This document shows positions 1-14,302 of a DNA stretch of 64,000 nucleotides, piece after piece. Location of the stretch: the NCBI GenBank assembly GCA_036172245.1, contig JAYWIR010000031.1, positions 1,054,001 through 1,118,000 on the forward strand. Direction: 5' to 3'. The first letter of the stretch is position 1. Each line of letters starts with the position of its first letter. The notes beneath the pieces are model-generated. The model was given only the letters and a program-made list of their open reading frames with translations, did no database searches and had not been told where the DNA came from. The translations under genes were made by a program, and so were the position numbers. The DNA comes from Raillietiella orientalis (lineage: Eukaryota).

Positions 1-799
1 TGTGCAACGGATTGTAAGAGCATTCCAGGAGTAAATTTTTGTCTTCTCGTAAGAGTTCTTCTTGCTCCCGGACCTTCCTTGTGGGGACAAGGGATCAGTA
101 ACGTTGCTGGGGATTCAAACGAGTATTCAGTTATCGTCGAATTAGAAGACGAACTGAAAAGAAGAGCTGGTGCTCATTCGATTATTACAGTAATTATAAC
201 TATTAATTAACGCTGTTCTTTGATATCGAATGATTCGGAGGATGAAAACTTAGAGGCTGCATCCACAGTAGACAGGGAAACTCGCAATGAAATTAAGGCG
301 TCCAGCAAAAAACCGGATAAGGTAGCGGTTAGGAAAGAAACTGATGCTAACGACCACTCAGGATTCGCGTCCACTTTATTGCCATTGGCAATGTTAAAAG
401 TTTCCTGTATTCAGAAAACGCAAATCTTGGTTGACTGCTCTTCCAGCCGTCCTCAGCTGAAAAAAGTGAGATGCATGAGATTTTGAGAAACGAAGATCAT
501 TCAGAGGAGTGACTCTTATACGTCTGTCTCCCTTACGTCTAGAAATCTGACCCCTTTCTCGAGATCCATTTTTAAGAGACTGCTCAGACTCAGTAAAACG
601 CGTGTCATGTCTGCGTTTCTCCACTCCAGAATGGTCTCATTGCTGATGCTGCACCACCGCTCGTTTAAGAAACAGTGGTTACAGGAAGACCCGAATTGTT
701 TTTCGTTTTCCGCTTTTGTTTTTCCTCACTCGAACAGACTGAAGATCGAAGAAGCTTGCCTGGTTGCCAACTGATGGAAATCTGGTCATCCTAAGGCTT

Positions 800-2130
800 T
801 GCCAGCGAACGCTCACTCCATCCCGGCAACGGCATCTCGCCGACGAACTTACTCCATGGCAGCCGCAAATGTCCCAGCGCACTCCACGGAATCTCTCGTG
901 AAAGCCTGTCGAGACTGCATCAAAGGGAATCTTTCGCGATCGGTTTTATTCGAATCTTCATAGAAAGTTTTCATCCAGCGGTCGCTTTCACTCGGCGTAA
1001 CTTTCAGTTTTGCCAGATCGAAAGACGAAAGACAATCGTCCTGCTCTGGCCCTCCATTCACCGGTGGACCGATGCACGAACGGTGGCGGCGGTGCGAAAT
1101 GGCACTGCGAACCGGAACTGAAGCCGGAAACTCGCGGCAGCTCTTGGGGGCCAATTCGGAGAGATCCGGCCGACACCGGACTCGTGCTGGCGCTGCTGCG
1201 TTCGCCGGCTGCCTCCTTGGCGAGGGCTGGTCCGCACGTTTCGGCAAGAGCCTCCTGCCGGATAGACTCCGCGGCGTGTGTCTGCGAGTCATCCAGCCAT
1301 GAAACGGGTCCAGTCGGAGGAACAAAAGCGCTCTTAAGCTGGGAGGGTCTCTCTCAAAGGGTGCGTGTGCCGCGTGCCAGCCGCAATCCCTTTCGGGAAA
1401 GGCCGCTGGTCCATCCGGGAAACGAACTCGCGAAGCTCGCGAACGCCTCTCCGTCCATCCCTTCCAGCATTCCAACGATTCCGCCGCCGCCGCTGCGCAA
1501 AGTCCTCGAAAGACGCTCTGCCGTGTTCCGAATCGCGCGTGGCCCCTGTGGCGGCGGCGTGCCGAGGGAGCGAGCGGAGCTTCCGCTCTCGAGGATGTGC
1601 ACTCTCTGGTGGCGTCGACTTCCACCTTTCTGCGACACGGAAAAATGCAGCGGAGGCACTTCCGTGTTTCCTCGAATTCCGTCCGCCGGTAGCTTTCCGC
1701 AAGCGGTCGGTCCTGTCTTCGCAGGAGCTCCAGTTTGTGGGAAAAAACATCCGTTCAGGTAAAACGAATTTCAGAAGGGAAAAAGACTTTGCTCGAGTTC
1801 AATGCTCCATCGTTACACGCGCGGAAGATTTCGGCATCCCAGGGTTTCCCCCGATGCTGCAGGAATCGCAAACGCAGAGCGCGCGCGCATGCGCGCTTCC
1901 TTCCCGACATCCGCTGCTGCGCCGGGGGATCTACCCTCCAAAGAGGGAACCTTCCGAAGGTGAATTTTCGTGAACCAGGAGACGGGAGAGGTTTTCCTTT
2001 CGGAGGATGCCCTCCGTGCACGAAGCGTGGACATGAAAACCAGGAAGGCCCCACTTTGAACGAATGGAATCCAACGCGTGTTCGCCTTTTCCTGTTACCT
2101 ATTTTCTCAATCCTTAAAAGGTCCGCGCAG

Positions 2131-2163
<33 letters not shown>

Positions 2164-2350
2164 AAAAATAAACGGTGACCACCGTTTGCGGACGCGAGCG
2201 CTTACAAAGTGCCATCTAGGGATTGGCTCGTGATCTGATTCGAACGATACCCTAAGCACCTTGATTCTCGCCAAGGGATTTTTCTTGGCTTTTGGATCCG
2301 GCTACGTCCAAAACCTATGGCTGCGACCTGCCGAAGGAGGTTTCCATGGT
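800..2350. promoter_or_regulatory. GC/CpG-rich island, possibly the 5' end of a minus-strand gene
   Basis: CpG-dense; A29 tract at 2133-2161; alternating gcgcgcgcgcatgcgcgc at 1879-1896; minus ORF 849-1625 ends at a GTAAGT donor-like site. No consistent gene model could be built. Confidence 0.35.
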
Positions 2351-5180
2351 TTTGTGGGTCAACACATGCTGGTCAGGAATGTCTCGTGGCACTTACGTTT
2401 TTAGATAACCGAATGCTTTATTGACACATATTTTCTTCGTGGCAGAGTACAACCGCTGCGAGGGTCACTTTTCGCTGCTACAGACGTTGCGACCTCATTT
2501 ATTTTCATCTTTTTAATTTGCTCCTCGCTTCGGCTCTTTGTGACGGAAAAAATCATCTGGAGAGCTGGGATGAAAATTTCAACCTCTCTGTCTTTTGTCT
2601 GCTCCCAGTTTGAGCCCATCAGAGTGTTCGTGTTGCGAAAACACGCCTTTAAGCATGTCGTGGAAACGAGGGCTCAAGAGTTTTCCCTCCTTCCGATCGA
2701 CTGAGCTCAACACGAAAAAACTCTTCGGGAGGTCAGGTCAAGGCGCCTTTGACAAGAATAAAGCATGACTTGAAAAAGGGCGTTGCAGTACTGTTCGACG
2801 GTTTCCGGGGGGCGGTGGGGAATTCGGACGGATGAGATCGGAACTCCAGACACTCGTGGAAAAATTTCGGTGCTGTCGACATTGCGGTCATTGGCTGACT
2901 CCGGAGCAGCATAACACATCCAGAAAATCTTCAGGGGATTTAAACGTGGAAGTCGAGCGGTGTGTCTTCGAGGACTCGTGGTTTGGCTCGGGGGAGGGGG
3001 GAGGGGGAAGAAGAATTTCATGATCCCCTTCCCCTGCCTCTCCCATCCAAAGCAATCCGCGAGATGGGGGTGCACATGGGAAATCTGCATGCTCCGCTTG
3101 GAGACCTCGGCTGAGCCGGGAACCCGGGAAACTGGAGCCCGGTCCTCAAATAAAGCTGTCCAGTGACACATTCCTGGTAATTTAAAAAGATTACCGGAGA
3201 ATTGGGAGAATGGCGAAGAGTGTAAAGGTCGCCCAGACTGGTGGCCGAACGTATTGATCCGGCGTGCTTGGATTTCTTTTGATGTTTGCCCTCCCCTTCC
3301 TCCCATCCCCTTCCGTCGCGGGCTGTTCGGCTTGTGCTCGACTTGGTTTTGGAGGATCTTGCCTTCAATTCTTCCGATGTGTTGCCTCCGTCGAAAGGAC
3401 CGTCACATCTCACAACAACGACGTGCCCTTGAAGCATCCATCAATGCGATTCTTAAGGCCACACAATGAAATGCACAAAGTATCTGCAACGGTGTTACTT
3501 CTCATTTGATGGCTAAGGAAGATGCAGATTCATGTGCATCCCTGAGCAGTCGAAAACCTCGAGTTGCACCCCTAGACCAATAGATATCCTAAGTGTGCAA
3601 AGGAATGGGACCAACAGCAGCTTCTTCCTCTTCCGCGATGGTGGACTCTGGAAACAATCAACTTTTTCCACGTTCTCTCGAGGACAAGAACTCTTGAGCA
3701 GCTGCTTCAAATCGCTGATGTGCCATTATTAGTGCAGCAAAGACTGCTCCCTATCACAAAGAGGAGCAGACAGCAACGCAGAACGTTTTCAGACGTCACT
3801 GCTGCTGACACGGATCGAACGATTAAGCGAAAACAGTGCCTTCATTCCACTGCTGTCCGTTTTCCCATGCATGCATGCATCATCCTTGCTTCCCAAGCTC
3901 CCTGCATCGCCATTTGCAGGTTTGCCTTCATTGATCCCGACGAAGAATCCAGCATTCGTATCTTCCAACTTTTTGATGCTGTTACAGAATACTTAGTTAC
4001 TGTTTTCCTGCCTTGTGATCTGAAAGATTTCACTAAGCAGATAATGTTCTCGAAGATAGAAAAGCATTGCATATGCAGTTAATGATTAACCCTTTTGCAT
4101 CGCCATCTTCAAGAATGGGAACGCCGGTCTGCGCAGCAAACTACCTTTGTCACTCTTTAGCATGTGCAAGCATGTGGAACAAGACGTTAAAGATGAGATG
4201 CTCAGATTGTTTCTTCTAGCAAGGGCCATTATATGAAATCAATTTGTAAAAATGAAAGAAACTGCTGTCCTCTAGAACCCCTCTCTTGATGGAAGGAAAA
4301 ACTCCGCAAGTGGCCAAGAGGTTTGAGTAGGTTTCGTGCTCGATGGTTCCTTGCCTACGACTGGTTAGTATAGGGGAGCTGAAGTCATTAAAGTCATGTG
4401 TTGTTTTGGAGTCCCAAAGACTAGCCGTCTGGTCTTATTGGATTGTCAATCAACTTGCTGCCAACGTAGAAGTAGCTTGCTGGGGGCATTTGGCGATCTC
4501 GGTACTCCAAAGAAAGCAGCAAAGCTTCCCCTCGATCCTGAGATTGCAAGCAAGTCGGCAAGACTAGATGAAGATCGTTGCTAGCTAACCTGGTGATTAG
4601 GGAAGAAGGAAAACTGCTCAGCGTCCGACGATGTCCAGGAAAGTGAAAGCTGTGTTTAACCTCGAGGGATCATGCACAAAGGTGAAAACAAAACGATTTA
4701 CATGTACACGAATCTGTAAACAAACTACCGAACACATGGGCGTTTGGAAAGAAAAAAAAAAAATGAATCTTTGCGGCACGACACGAGATGAAGAATTGCG
4801 ATCCATTCATGGCAGATTTCTTTGAAGGTACAATTCGAGGAAACATCTTGATGCGAGATGCAAGGCATCGCATCTGTATGCATGTAGGTAGTCACTTTCC
4901 ACACGTGGGCACAAACATATGCGCTCTATGCGCTCTCATTCAGAGCAAAATGGCAGAACTGAAGCCTGAAAGCAGAGAGTCTCCAAGCCTTGGTGAATGT
5001 TTCAGAGATGTAGCAGGCCCACATCTCCATCTGAAAGATATCAGCTCAAAGCTGGAAGGTGTCATCGGAGTGCACTACGACGAAATTCCAGACTCCAGCA
5101 AATAACGGTGCAGCAGCCGGATGGCTTCTTGTCCTCTGTCTCGAAACTCAAAGCACTGATCTTGAATCTGCGGTGTGGAT

Positions 5181-5792
5181 TCAACCAAAATGCTCTGCAT
5201 CCAATGATCCATCCGATGCAATGATCCAAATTCGTTTACTTTGCATTTTCTGGTTCCCGTTCCACTTCGTGCTCACGGGAATCCGCTTTTGTTTCCATAG
5301 TTTCGTCGTCTCGTTTCCTCCTGCCAATCCACAGCCTGCCATTATGCTAAATGGAAAAAATTGAACAAGAATAAAGGGAAACGAGAAAAATAGGATGTTG
5401 TGGCACTCGAGTTTCTTCAGTAAACGATCTTCATTATTTATTCTATTAATGTAACTGATTTCCCAACTCTTGCCAGCTGACCTTTTGCATTGTACCAGCA
5501 AGTCGTTTGGAACTTTTTTGCTGCTTAGAAATCTCCGTCCAGGGCTCTCTTTTTGTTCGGGAATTGGAAAGCATTCGGAAATCAAAGCGACGAAGATTTG
5601 GGTCTGGAAACTGGGAAAAGATTCCCTCTGCAAATATTCGCCGAGTTCTCGTCGTCGAAGACGGCAAGCATCCTGATTGAGGAAAGCAAGGAGGAAATCA
5701 TAGGATGCCTGGTCGTGCCGTAAGCCTGGATCCTTGGTGGCGATGCTACTAAAGTGATGCCCTCTGATGTGTTCAATGCTCATGATGGACAC
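5181..5792 (-). CDS. Candidate exon or gene relic (203-codon open frame), product unknown
   Basis: Long for the local base composition; no recognisable domain and exon boundaries unresolved. Confidence 0.25.
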   Translation of the reverse strand: MSIMSIEHIRGHHFSSIATKDPGLRHDQASYDFLLAFLNQDACRLRRRELGEYLQRESFPSFQTQIFVALISECFPIPEQKESPGRRFLSSKKVPNDLLVQCKRSAGKSWEISYINRINNEDRLLKKLECHNILFFSFPFILVQFFPFSIMAGCGLAGGNETTKLWKQKRIPVSTKWNGNQKMQSKRIWIIASDGSLDAEHFG

Positions 5793-8700
5793 TTACGTCT
5801 TAGATCCACTTGAGTAAGTGGAAACGGATTTTTCAGTCTACCTTTTTGAACATGAATGTCCGAGATGTTTTCGTGCTTTTTCTCGAACTTCACCTTTCCC
5901 ACAACTGGCTGCACTGCTCAAGATGGACTTACTTATGAGTATCCCTCTCTTATGGTTGATTCCATGCGAAGCATTGGTTCGTACGCTCTTCTTTCCGTCC
6001 ACTCTTGGAGACTTAGCCAGCAGCATCAGGCGTATTACGTTTCCCATATCTTGCAGCAGCGGTTCCATGTCGAACCGGGATTTGCGAGACTAATCTTCAA
6101 GCTCGAGCACATTTTATGCTCCACGTTTTCCGATTTCACTGGAGCTTTACAGGCGCCGTTTCTTTCTTCCTTTTTTTCTTTTTGTTTCTGCGGTCATTTC
6201 TTTCACTGTTTGCCTGCTCAAATGCTGATGACCATTTGAGGCCTGAGGTATTCTTGAGACATAGGTTTTGTGCTAATTTTTGGGGTTTTTTTTTCTGGAA
6301 AAAAAAAAATTCAATGCAGAATAAAGAGGACTCTCTTTACTTTCTCATTTTTTCCGTGCGATGGGAAAATTCCAGGTAACCACTAGCAGCATGCACCATA
6401 AAAGATGATTTTTGATCTTTCGGGTGGGATCATTGGGGATAGAGCGTTTTTTGGAGATGAAAAAGCGTCTCATCCAAGCGTGGACCCCTCTGAAGCTGCG
6501 TAGTTTTATTTTCGACGGAGTGAAGCGAAGCATTTCCTCGTCAGTGAAATCTCAATCTCAAGGCGCCCTTCGTGTTAAAAAAAACATATGAGATCTTAGT
6601 CGTTGTAGAATTCGAAGAGGCACTCCTTTTGCATGTCTTCTCACAGAAAGGGCTCGCTCTTTGGCAAACCAACGGGGATATATGGCCCCTAGAGATTACA
6701 GCTTCTCCTTAATTTCAACCAAGGGAAATCGACATTTCACTTCTCCGAATGCCTAATTTCTTGACGCGTTCCCTCGCATCCAAAAGATGAAGAGACACAT
6801 TAAACGTCTGAATTTTGCTAGCAGTAAGAAGAGTTCATCGTGTCTGAAGCATGGAACTAGACCAGAGAAAGTTATCATCCGAAGAAATCATTACGGCATT
6901 TCTTTTACGTTTGTGGGTTTTTTTTTTTTGTTGTATGAACTCTTCCTAGGAGAAATCAACGTCTGCTGGGGGCTTCTTTTCCTCTGTTTTTTTTTTTTTC
7001 CATTCTCTCGACAGATCCGATCTGCGGCAACCAAGAATTCTCACCCATTCAACACGAAACACAAAATCTCAAACACGTTGAAAAAGGAAAACTTCTGTTG
7101 GCCTGCTATAAAAGAAAAGCTTTTAACAGCACAGAGCGAAGAGTTCCACAAGAAACAGAGAGGGCAATTTGCCAAACTGGAATTACCAGGGGTTGAGGTC
7201 TCAGCTGATGTGAGATGCTGAGGCCTCTGACTTTCATATTACTACTTGATGGACAAAAGAAATGATGAGAGTCTACAAAGCAAACTTGCATATGGAAATA
7301 TTCATGTACTCGTGCAAAACGTATTGGGAATGATCTACCATGAGATCGTACTATGAGTTTCTGAGGAAGGCATCAAAGTCCCTTATGGTTGTACTTCAGG
7401 GTGAAGCAACGTGGAGACTCTTTTGCGAACGAAGGTGACCTTTTGTTTCTGAGACTGGGCTCACTTCTCACGGAACAGCCCCGGAATGGGACTCGTGTCA
7501 TCATGGGTACATTCAAATAATCATGAAAAATCTGCATTTATTGACCACCCATCTATGGTGACTTTATGATGATGGCAGGAAGTCTAGCAAATACAGGAAC
7601 AACGCACCGATCTTCCTGGAACGTTTTGTTTGGGAAAAAGACACTGAGCGTTCGATCCCCCAAAAAGAGAGAGATGTATCATCTATACTTGTCCCCTAGG
7701 GTTATCAGCTTCCTTGAGTGAAATGGAAATTTCATTAGATTCGTTCCCAGGCGACAAGGGACTTCTTGAAAATTAACGCGGAAACATGGAACGTCTTTAA
7801 AAGAATCCAGTGAAGGACCAAAGTTGCAGAATCTGATTGCTTTTCTGTTTGACTTTCATTTTCATATTTTCCAGGCTAATAGACTTCATTCCATGTGTAA
7901 ATTCTTGTTTATTTCATGTTGTGTTTATAAATCCGTGATTTAACGATTTAAAATTGCAATGTTCTTCTGAAATTATTTCTTCTCTCACCAACCTTGTTCA
8001 AATTGCAATACGAATCACATACCGTACTATACGAAGAGTTGTTTCGGTAGATTGAGATCAATTTGGATTTGATGATAGATGATGAGCGAAGATATTTCCA
8101 CAAATTTTCCGTGAGGTTCCCTGAATTTTCCATCAGCTCCGTTATTCATGAGATCCTGAATTCTTAGCAGATAGCCGCAGTCTGGCAAGTTCCTTTTCCC
8201 ATTCTTTCTGTAAACTGGAGTCACGGACCTAAGTTCTTGGATCTGGGTAATACCTTAGCAGCATCCTTTCCTGCAGACCTGAATTGATTTCCATGTGGTC
8301 ACATTCTTCCTCCTTGGTCCCCTTTTTGCCATCTTGGATCACTTGCAGTAGATGCAGGATTTCTTTTCAAACTCGCATCCTTTCCCACGTAGAGCCCGCC
8401 TATTGGCTGATTTCAAGAGGCACTTCTGAACACTGGACCCCAAGTAAACAAGGATCAAGAAGTATATCAAGAACTCTCAACTCTCAGCCTCTGAGTTTCA
8501 GGTGTGAACGTAGGGAAGCCAAGAATGAGCTCGAGATTTGAGGCCTTGAGCTGATGAAAGGTCGAGTCCATAAATGATCTGGAAATTTCGCTAGCATTTT
8601 AACAGAGCGACGAATATGTTTCACTTCATTCTGAGTCTTCTGAGAGGTGAAAAGCAGGACTGTTAACATCGATATTCATGAAAGGACAAGGGAAAAGCAT

Positions 8701-11408
8701 GGGAGAGGGTCGTTGACACTCGTTTGCATGGAGGTCAAAAAAAATCTGAAAACTAAGCCGTTATACAATATTAAAGAAAGCTACATCATAGAGAATGCTA
8801 AATTGATGGAGTATCATCGAAAAACTCCTTCCAAAAAGAAAGACTCAAGCCTTTCCAGACAGTGGACAGCGAAGATTTAAAAAAGAATGCTGCTGTGTCT
8901 AAAATCAAAGCAGTGTGGAATTCTCAGGTAGCAAAAATCAGAGCAGATTACATTGGATCAACATCAGAACTGGATCTTTAGAGAAAGAAGTGAAAATCCA
9001 CAGCAGCCCAGTTTTAAAGAAGGTAGTGAGAATGAAGTGACGAAGCGAAAGAGTTGCCCTGGTGCTTTAATCTTTCGAGAATGATCCTCGAAATGAAATG
9101 CAGGAGAAACTCCAAACCTTGCCATCTAAAATGCAGCCAACCAATCGTGGATAAATAAAGCAAAGAGGGACAATTCGAACGAAAAACAAACGGGAGTCAG
9201 GAAGGTTGAGAGTTATCTTGGAGGCCGTGGCATTGCCTCACGAATGCGACACACGTAAAAGATCACCGGGATAGGGAGCGAATAGGAATAAAACTTCAAG
9301 ATGAAAATGAAAAAGGAGTTCGAATGTGCTCTGGTCAGCAAGCAGAAAATTAGCATTTTCTGACCAGGGGCACATTACTTTGACTACACTTTATTATCTC
9401 AGTGCTGAATCAACCATCTTGAATTCCATAGTGCACTGTCAACGAGATTCAGCGTCCACGCTCCATCCCTGGGTGCAGATGTCCATTTAAAAGTTGTTCA
9501 TGGACTTTGCCCGGTCCGAGCTTCGGTTCTTTGACCAGACTGGCATCGATTACTACAATTTGGCTTTCTGCTGAGCTCCTCATCATTCGACGGCTTTCAG
9601 TTCCTCCTTGGTCTGTTTCTTGAAAAAGACCACAGTCACAGTGGTATGGTTGAAAGTCCTTCTGGTTTTTGGACATAACTGCAGTGTCAGAGTTCAGTCA
9701 CAACTTAGGACATGGATCTACTTTTTGGAAATTCCTCAACCAAAGGGATTTTTTGTGGTCGTCAATTGCTTCGAGGATGACAACAGAATGCAGGGGGAAA
9801 TATAGCAAATGAAACTGAAAACTTCCATCTGCAATTCAAAAGTTCTCATTGCAGATGAGACAGATTACTTTAGCGCATCATCATCGGATGGCATTTTCCG
9901 CTGACATTTTCGCAGCACTCGGACCATTTCGGAAAAAAAAAACAAAAAATAGAAATATTATGAACTATGGCTCTCCGCCTTACATGTCACCGCCTCATCC
10001 CTGTTTCCTGAAACGTTTCTGTTCGAGTGCAGCAGCAGGACTCGGTCGAAATTAACGAAGTCCTCTGATGGTTGAGCTATTGCAAGGTGAGTCCTTCGAG
10101 TCACAAACGGGAGCTCCCGGAATAAATGGAGACTGGGGAATGTGTTACAAAGAAAATTTAGCAAGGGCAAACGGTTACTGAAAAGTCACAGCTATGGAGA
10201 TGGAGAGGACAAGTCATAGGAGTGGAATAGAAGCCCACTGAAGTTTCTTAAAAGAGTTTTTCGAGCTCATGGGGCAATTTTAGTGAATTATTAAGTGGTG
10301 GTTTCCAAGGTCCACCACATTACTAACACCCCGGAAGCAATCAGCTCTTTCGTTTGAGAAAATGTCTAACACGAGCAACTGTACTGTGGACTGCTTGCAG
10401 ATTAAATCACAAGCTCTTTAATTGAGAACTACAGCTTACGTATGCTATGATACCTCTGTAGAACGGAGACTGAGCTGTTAGGATACAATTCAAATTATAG
10501 AAGAAGGGGCCAATTTTGTTCCTTCCAGCTTTGGATGAAATTAGGTTGAGCGTCCACTTCTTTCAGCTTGCTCGCAACACTAAAACATCTATAAGTTTAA
10601 GAAAGATGGGAAGTCCGCATGTGTTTTCCATGCAACTCTTGGAATCGGAAAATGAGCAAATTAGGTGAGGATCTTCGTGTCAGAGAGTGCATTCACCAGC
10701 AATGGTATGATTCTCATAATGCAAACTCCATGTTGGCAAAATCAGCAAACTACCAGTGTTTACAGTGACAACTCGAAAACGACCAATATGCGCTGAGAAA
10801 GAATATTTATTCTTAGAATAGGACAGTGTGGTCACAGGTCCATACCCTCTTTCTAATTGGCATTCAGCTTAGTTAAAAGAGAAAAGTTGTTTATCGGGGA
10901 GATTTTTACAATGGTCTCATCGAATGCAAAATGTACTGCAGAGGAAGAAATGACCCCAATGCACAGCACATTTAACTTTGGAAAATTGAAACGTGTCCGT
11001 TTCTTTGTAGCGCTCTGCTTTTATTGTGTTCGTGGTACCGTTATGGTCTGCAGGTAAGAACACCAAAATCAAATCCTCCCCAAGTTATGAGCCTACAGGC
11101 AGAGACTGAATGCAAGAATTCGCATTTTGAGCCTTTGTTAGAAGCATCTTCTCGGAGGACTCCTGTGAGAGGTGAAAGCGCCAAAATACAGAAAGTTCCA
11201 AAACAGTCATAGAAGTTTTCTGAAGAAGTAATGGACTCGCTATTGTTACTGGAGATCATCTCTGCTTCTGGAGTAGGATGTGGGCAAGCGAACCTCTTGA
11301 GCAGATGGAATACTAACAGCATTCTGTTGATTCTGAGTCAGCCCTCGGAGAGCTGTCAAGTTGGAAGCTCAATGTCCGTTCAACTTGCTTCCCTTCTTGT
11401 CGGGGAGG

Positions 11409-13742
11409 CTAAGAGAAGGTTGTAATGGTCACAGTGGAATTTTGAATTCGTGGAGAAGGGTCAAAGAGTCTGCAAAGAAACTGAAGGCTAGTCCCAAAAG
11501 TCTCGAGTTGACGTGAACTTTTGGGACAACTCGGGAGGCGCAGGAAAGCTATGGCATTCCACGTGCCCTCCGACCACTGCAATGCGTTGCGCGGTGCTTC
11601 ATCGGAAAGTGAGCTCCACAATGTCGACATCAGTGAGAGCATTTGAAATGTAATCTTTAGCTCTTCAATTCTGCGAACCACAGCATCAAGTGATGTTCAA
11701 GAAAGTACAGATCAAGAGCGATTGCAGCTTTATTTTGCATTGGTGCAGGTTTCTAAGAGTGGATAAGTAGGAAGGAATGGGATCCCAGAAAATGAAGTGA
11801 AAAAATTCATGCTATAGCTGGAATTTGAGTAAGGAGCTTTGGAATTTGGACCTTTCTGCAACTCTTCAACAAGTTCTAAGGCACATTTATGAAGATTTGT
11901 ATAGGTGGCTTCCCACTCCCGTATGGAACAGGAAATCTCGAAAACCAAAGGTCCAGTGAGTCAGTTCATCCTTACATCAGCTGTGGTCCATACTCAGAAC
12001 CCTGCTGATGACGTCACGTGTTGTGTTTCAAATGCGGTGGATTTTCCCCACTTGAGATACGATGATTTGTTACAATTCATCGCAGAAACGCTTGTAAACA
12101 CAAGTGTCTTAGTAGTGATGCTATAAATGGGCAGAAATTCTTCCGAACAAAACATTGTCTTATTGAGAGCATCTTTCTCGCTTTCGCTGCTGTCACTGAT
12201 ATTGCTGCCTTGAGCAGAAAGAGTAAACAGCAATGGCTGCTAAGAGATTGGTTCGTTCGAGAATGCTCCTTTCCTTTGCATAAAACTTGCCTTCAGAATA
12301 GAGATTCTAGAATCTGCACAGCAGGATGCTCTGAAGTCCAAGTGGAAGAAGATGTGATTCCTGTGTTCACCAGATAATGTGAGAAAGGTGGATGCCTAAA
12401 GTCACATAATGGAACTTTCAGAGTTCTTCTGCTTCAACGATCAAGGCTAGCTTACGATGATTACTGGTGCACTGCTGTTCCCCGGGCATAATTTCGCCAT
12501 CTGCTCATTAACTCGACACTCAGAAAACAGAAATCCTACAAGTTATTCTTCCATGCAGACCAGAACTATAATTACAGTTCCTCTTTTGTACGAACTTTGT
12601 CTGATTCTCGGTTATGAAAGAAGGAGCATAAATATTTCCTCCTCCCCCTCTCCCCTCAAAAACAATCCGAGTTCAAACTTGCATATTGCATCATTCATAG
12701 TTAAATCTCAAGGGGTATTCGATATTTATTATCTCATTTACTTCTTCCGTCGGCAAAAACGCCTTTGAACCAACGAGCAAAGCAGCACACTCTCTGAAAG
12801 GGAGGCGTTCTTATCTAATAGTGTGCACAGCTATTCCAATGGATTCCATGAATTACTCCATCTATTCCTTTAGGAGCTGCGGGTGAACTGATAATTCTGG
12901 CAAGTGCTGAATGCCGCTGAATTCGATCGAAATTCTGTTTTTCTCAGACCGCGCCACCCGGTTGAATTGATTGCATGGTCTAATTTCTTGTCGGACCGCT
13001 GCTTCCTTCCTGCGGTGACTTGCGAGATGCAAGAACGAGTTGCATGAGATTTTCGAAACGGTCCACACGCAGTTTCATCGGATGCATTCGAAACAGTGAC
13101 CAAAGCGATAGCAGGGTCTCCAAGTGAGGAACCCGTGGAAAGACACTCTTCAGAAGGGATTGAATCAGACAGCAGCTGCTTCCCGGTAATTGCTTGGAAC
13201 TCCCTCTTCAGCCACGCAGGACGGTCTGCCACCAATTCGAATCACGGATTCCCTGACACGCTGGTCTGCTCGTAAAATGCTGTGGGGAGAACTTGTTTTC
13301 TCTGTTTTAACGATTCCATTTGTTTATCAGATTTAGAATTCGATCCACCTAATCTGAAGCATTCGTCTCTTTCCGCTTCATTCATATTCTCCAGTCATAC
13401 GAACTCTTTTGGTCTTGAGGTTTCTTCTTGGTTTTCCGTTCCTCGTTTTCGACATTTTCTTCTTGGATAAAGCAGTTGGACTTTTACCAAATCTGCCTTC
13501 AGACTACGTTGTCAGTCATTTTTCCCTGTCAGCTAGTTAATGATCATTTTCTGTAATTCAGGAATTAGTGAGCCACTAACTCGTTCGGGGGATTCTGAGC
13601 CCATGGTCCATTCTTGATGATGAGACTTGGGAACACTAGCACACTTCTTCGTGCTATGTTCCATCGCTTCGAACTTCGCCTCGTTATTTGATAGGTCGCT
13701 TCTAAAACATGGATGTACGCGTTTTCCAATAAACATAGCCAC
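11409..13742 (-). pseudogene. Decayed long reading frame(s), product unknown
   Basis: Five ORF-track ORFs (13533-13742, 12870-13235, 11994-12233, 11730-11948, 11409-11681) share one frame. 13742-12870 has only 4 internal stops (1 TAG, 3 TGA) in ~290 codons of charged, protein-like sequence; ~12400-12870 is stop-rich. Confidence 0.4.
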
Positions 13743-14302
13743 GTTTATGAGCTCTCAGCAATTCGGGAACTTTCATCAGATCTCTCTTCGATTTTATCCA
13801 TAATAGGCCAACCGATCAATTCAAAAATCATTTTTTCAGTCAACCAGGAAGACATGCTTCTTGCATCCAGAGTTCCAGAAGTCTGTGTGCTAACCCAAAA
13901 AAAAAAGCGAAGCATTTTGGAGCAAAATGCCCATTTTTTTCCCCTGCTAGGTGCATTTTTTTTCCTAGACACCATATTGTGTGTCATGGAAATAGAGGCA
14001 AACATAGAAATCCACATTTGTTTTTGGAATGGATTTCGATTACATTCCTTGCGTGACTTCTTCGATGTCGAGAACTCATTTTTTTAATCTTTTAGATTCC
14101 TCATTCTTTCTGCGTTCGTACGTGGAAATTTCGAAGCAGTCCCCAATTTTTCTCTAGTAAAACGTGAGATACAAGTTCAGGTCGAAAACGTGTTTTCTGT
14201 ACCGTACGTTCCCTTTGTTAAAGAATGTGCAAGGCCGCGCCTGCAGTGGTGCTTTCGTAGCCAGCTGTAAGGGTCCATGAGCTTGCAAGCGCCACAGTCT
14301 TT

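Noticed and set aside
11409..13742. Alternative genetic code (TGA read as an amino acid), suggested by TGA-interrupted frames here, at 38131 and at 33667
   Set aside because: TAA and TAG also interrupt these frames, and TGA is the conserved terminator of LINE ORF2 in copies A, B and C, with Trp encoded by TGG.
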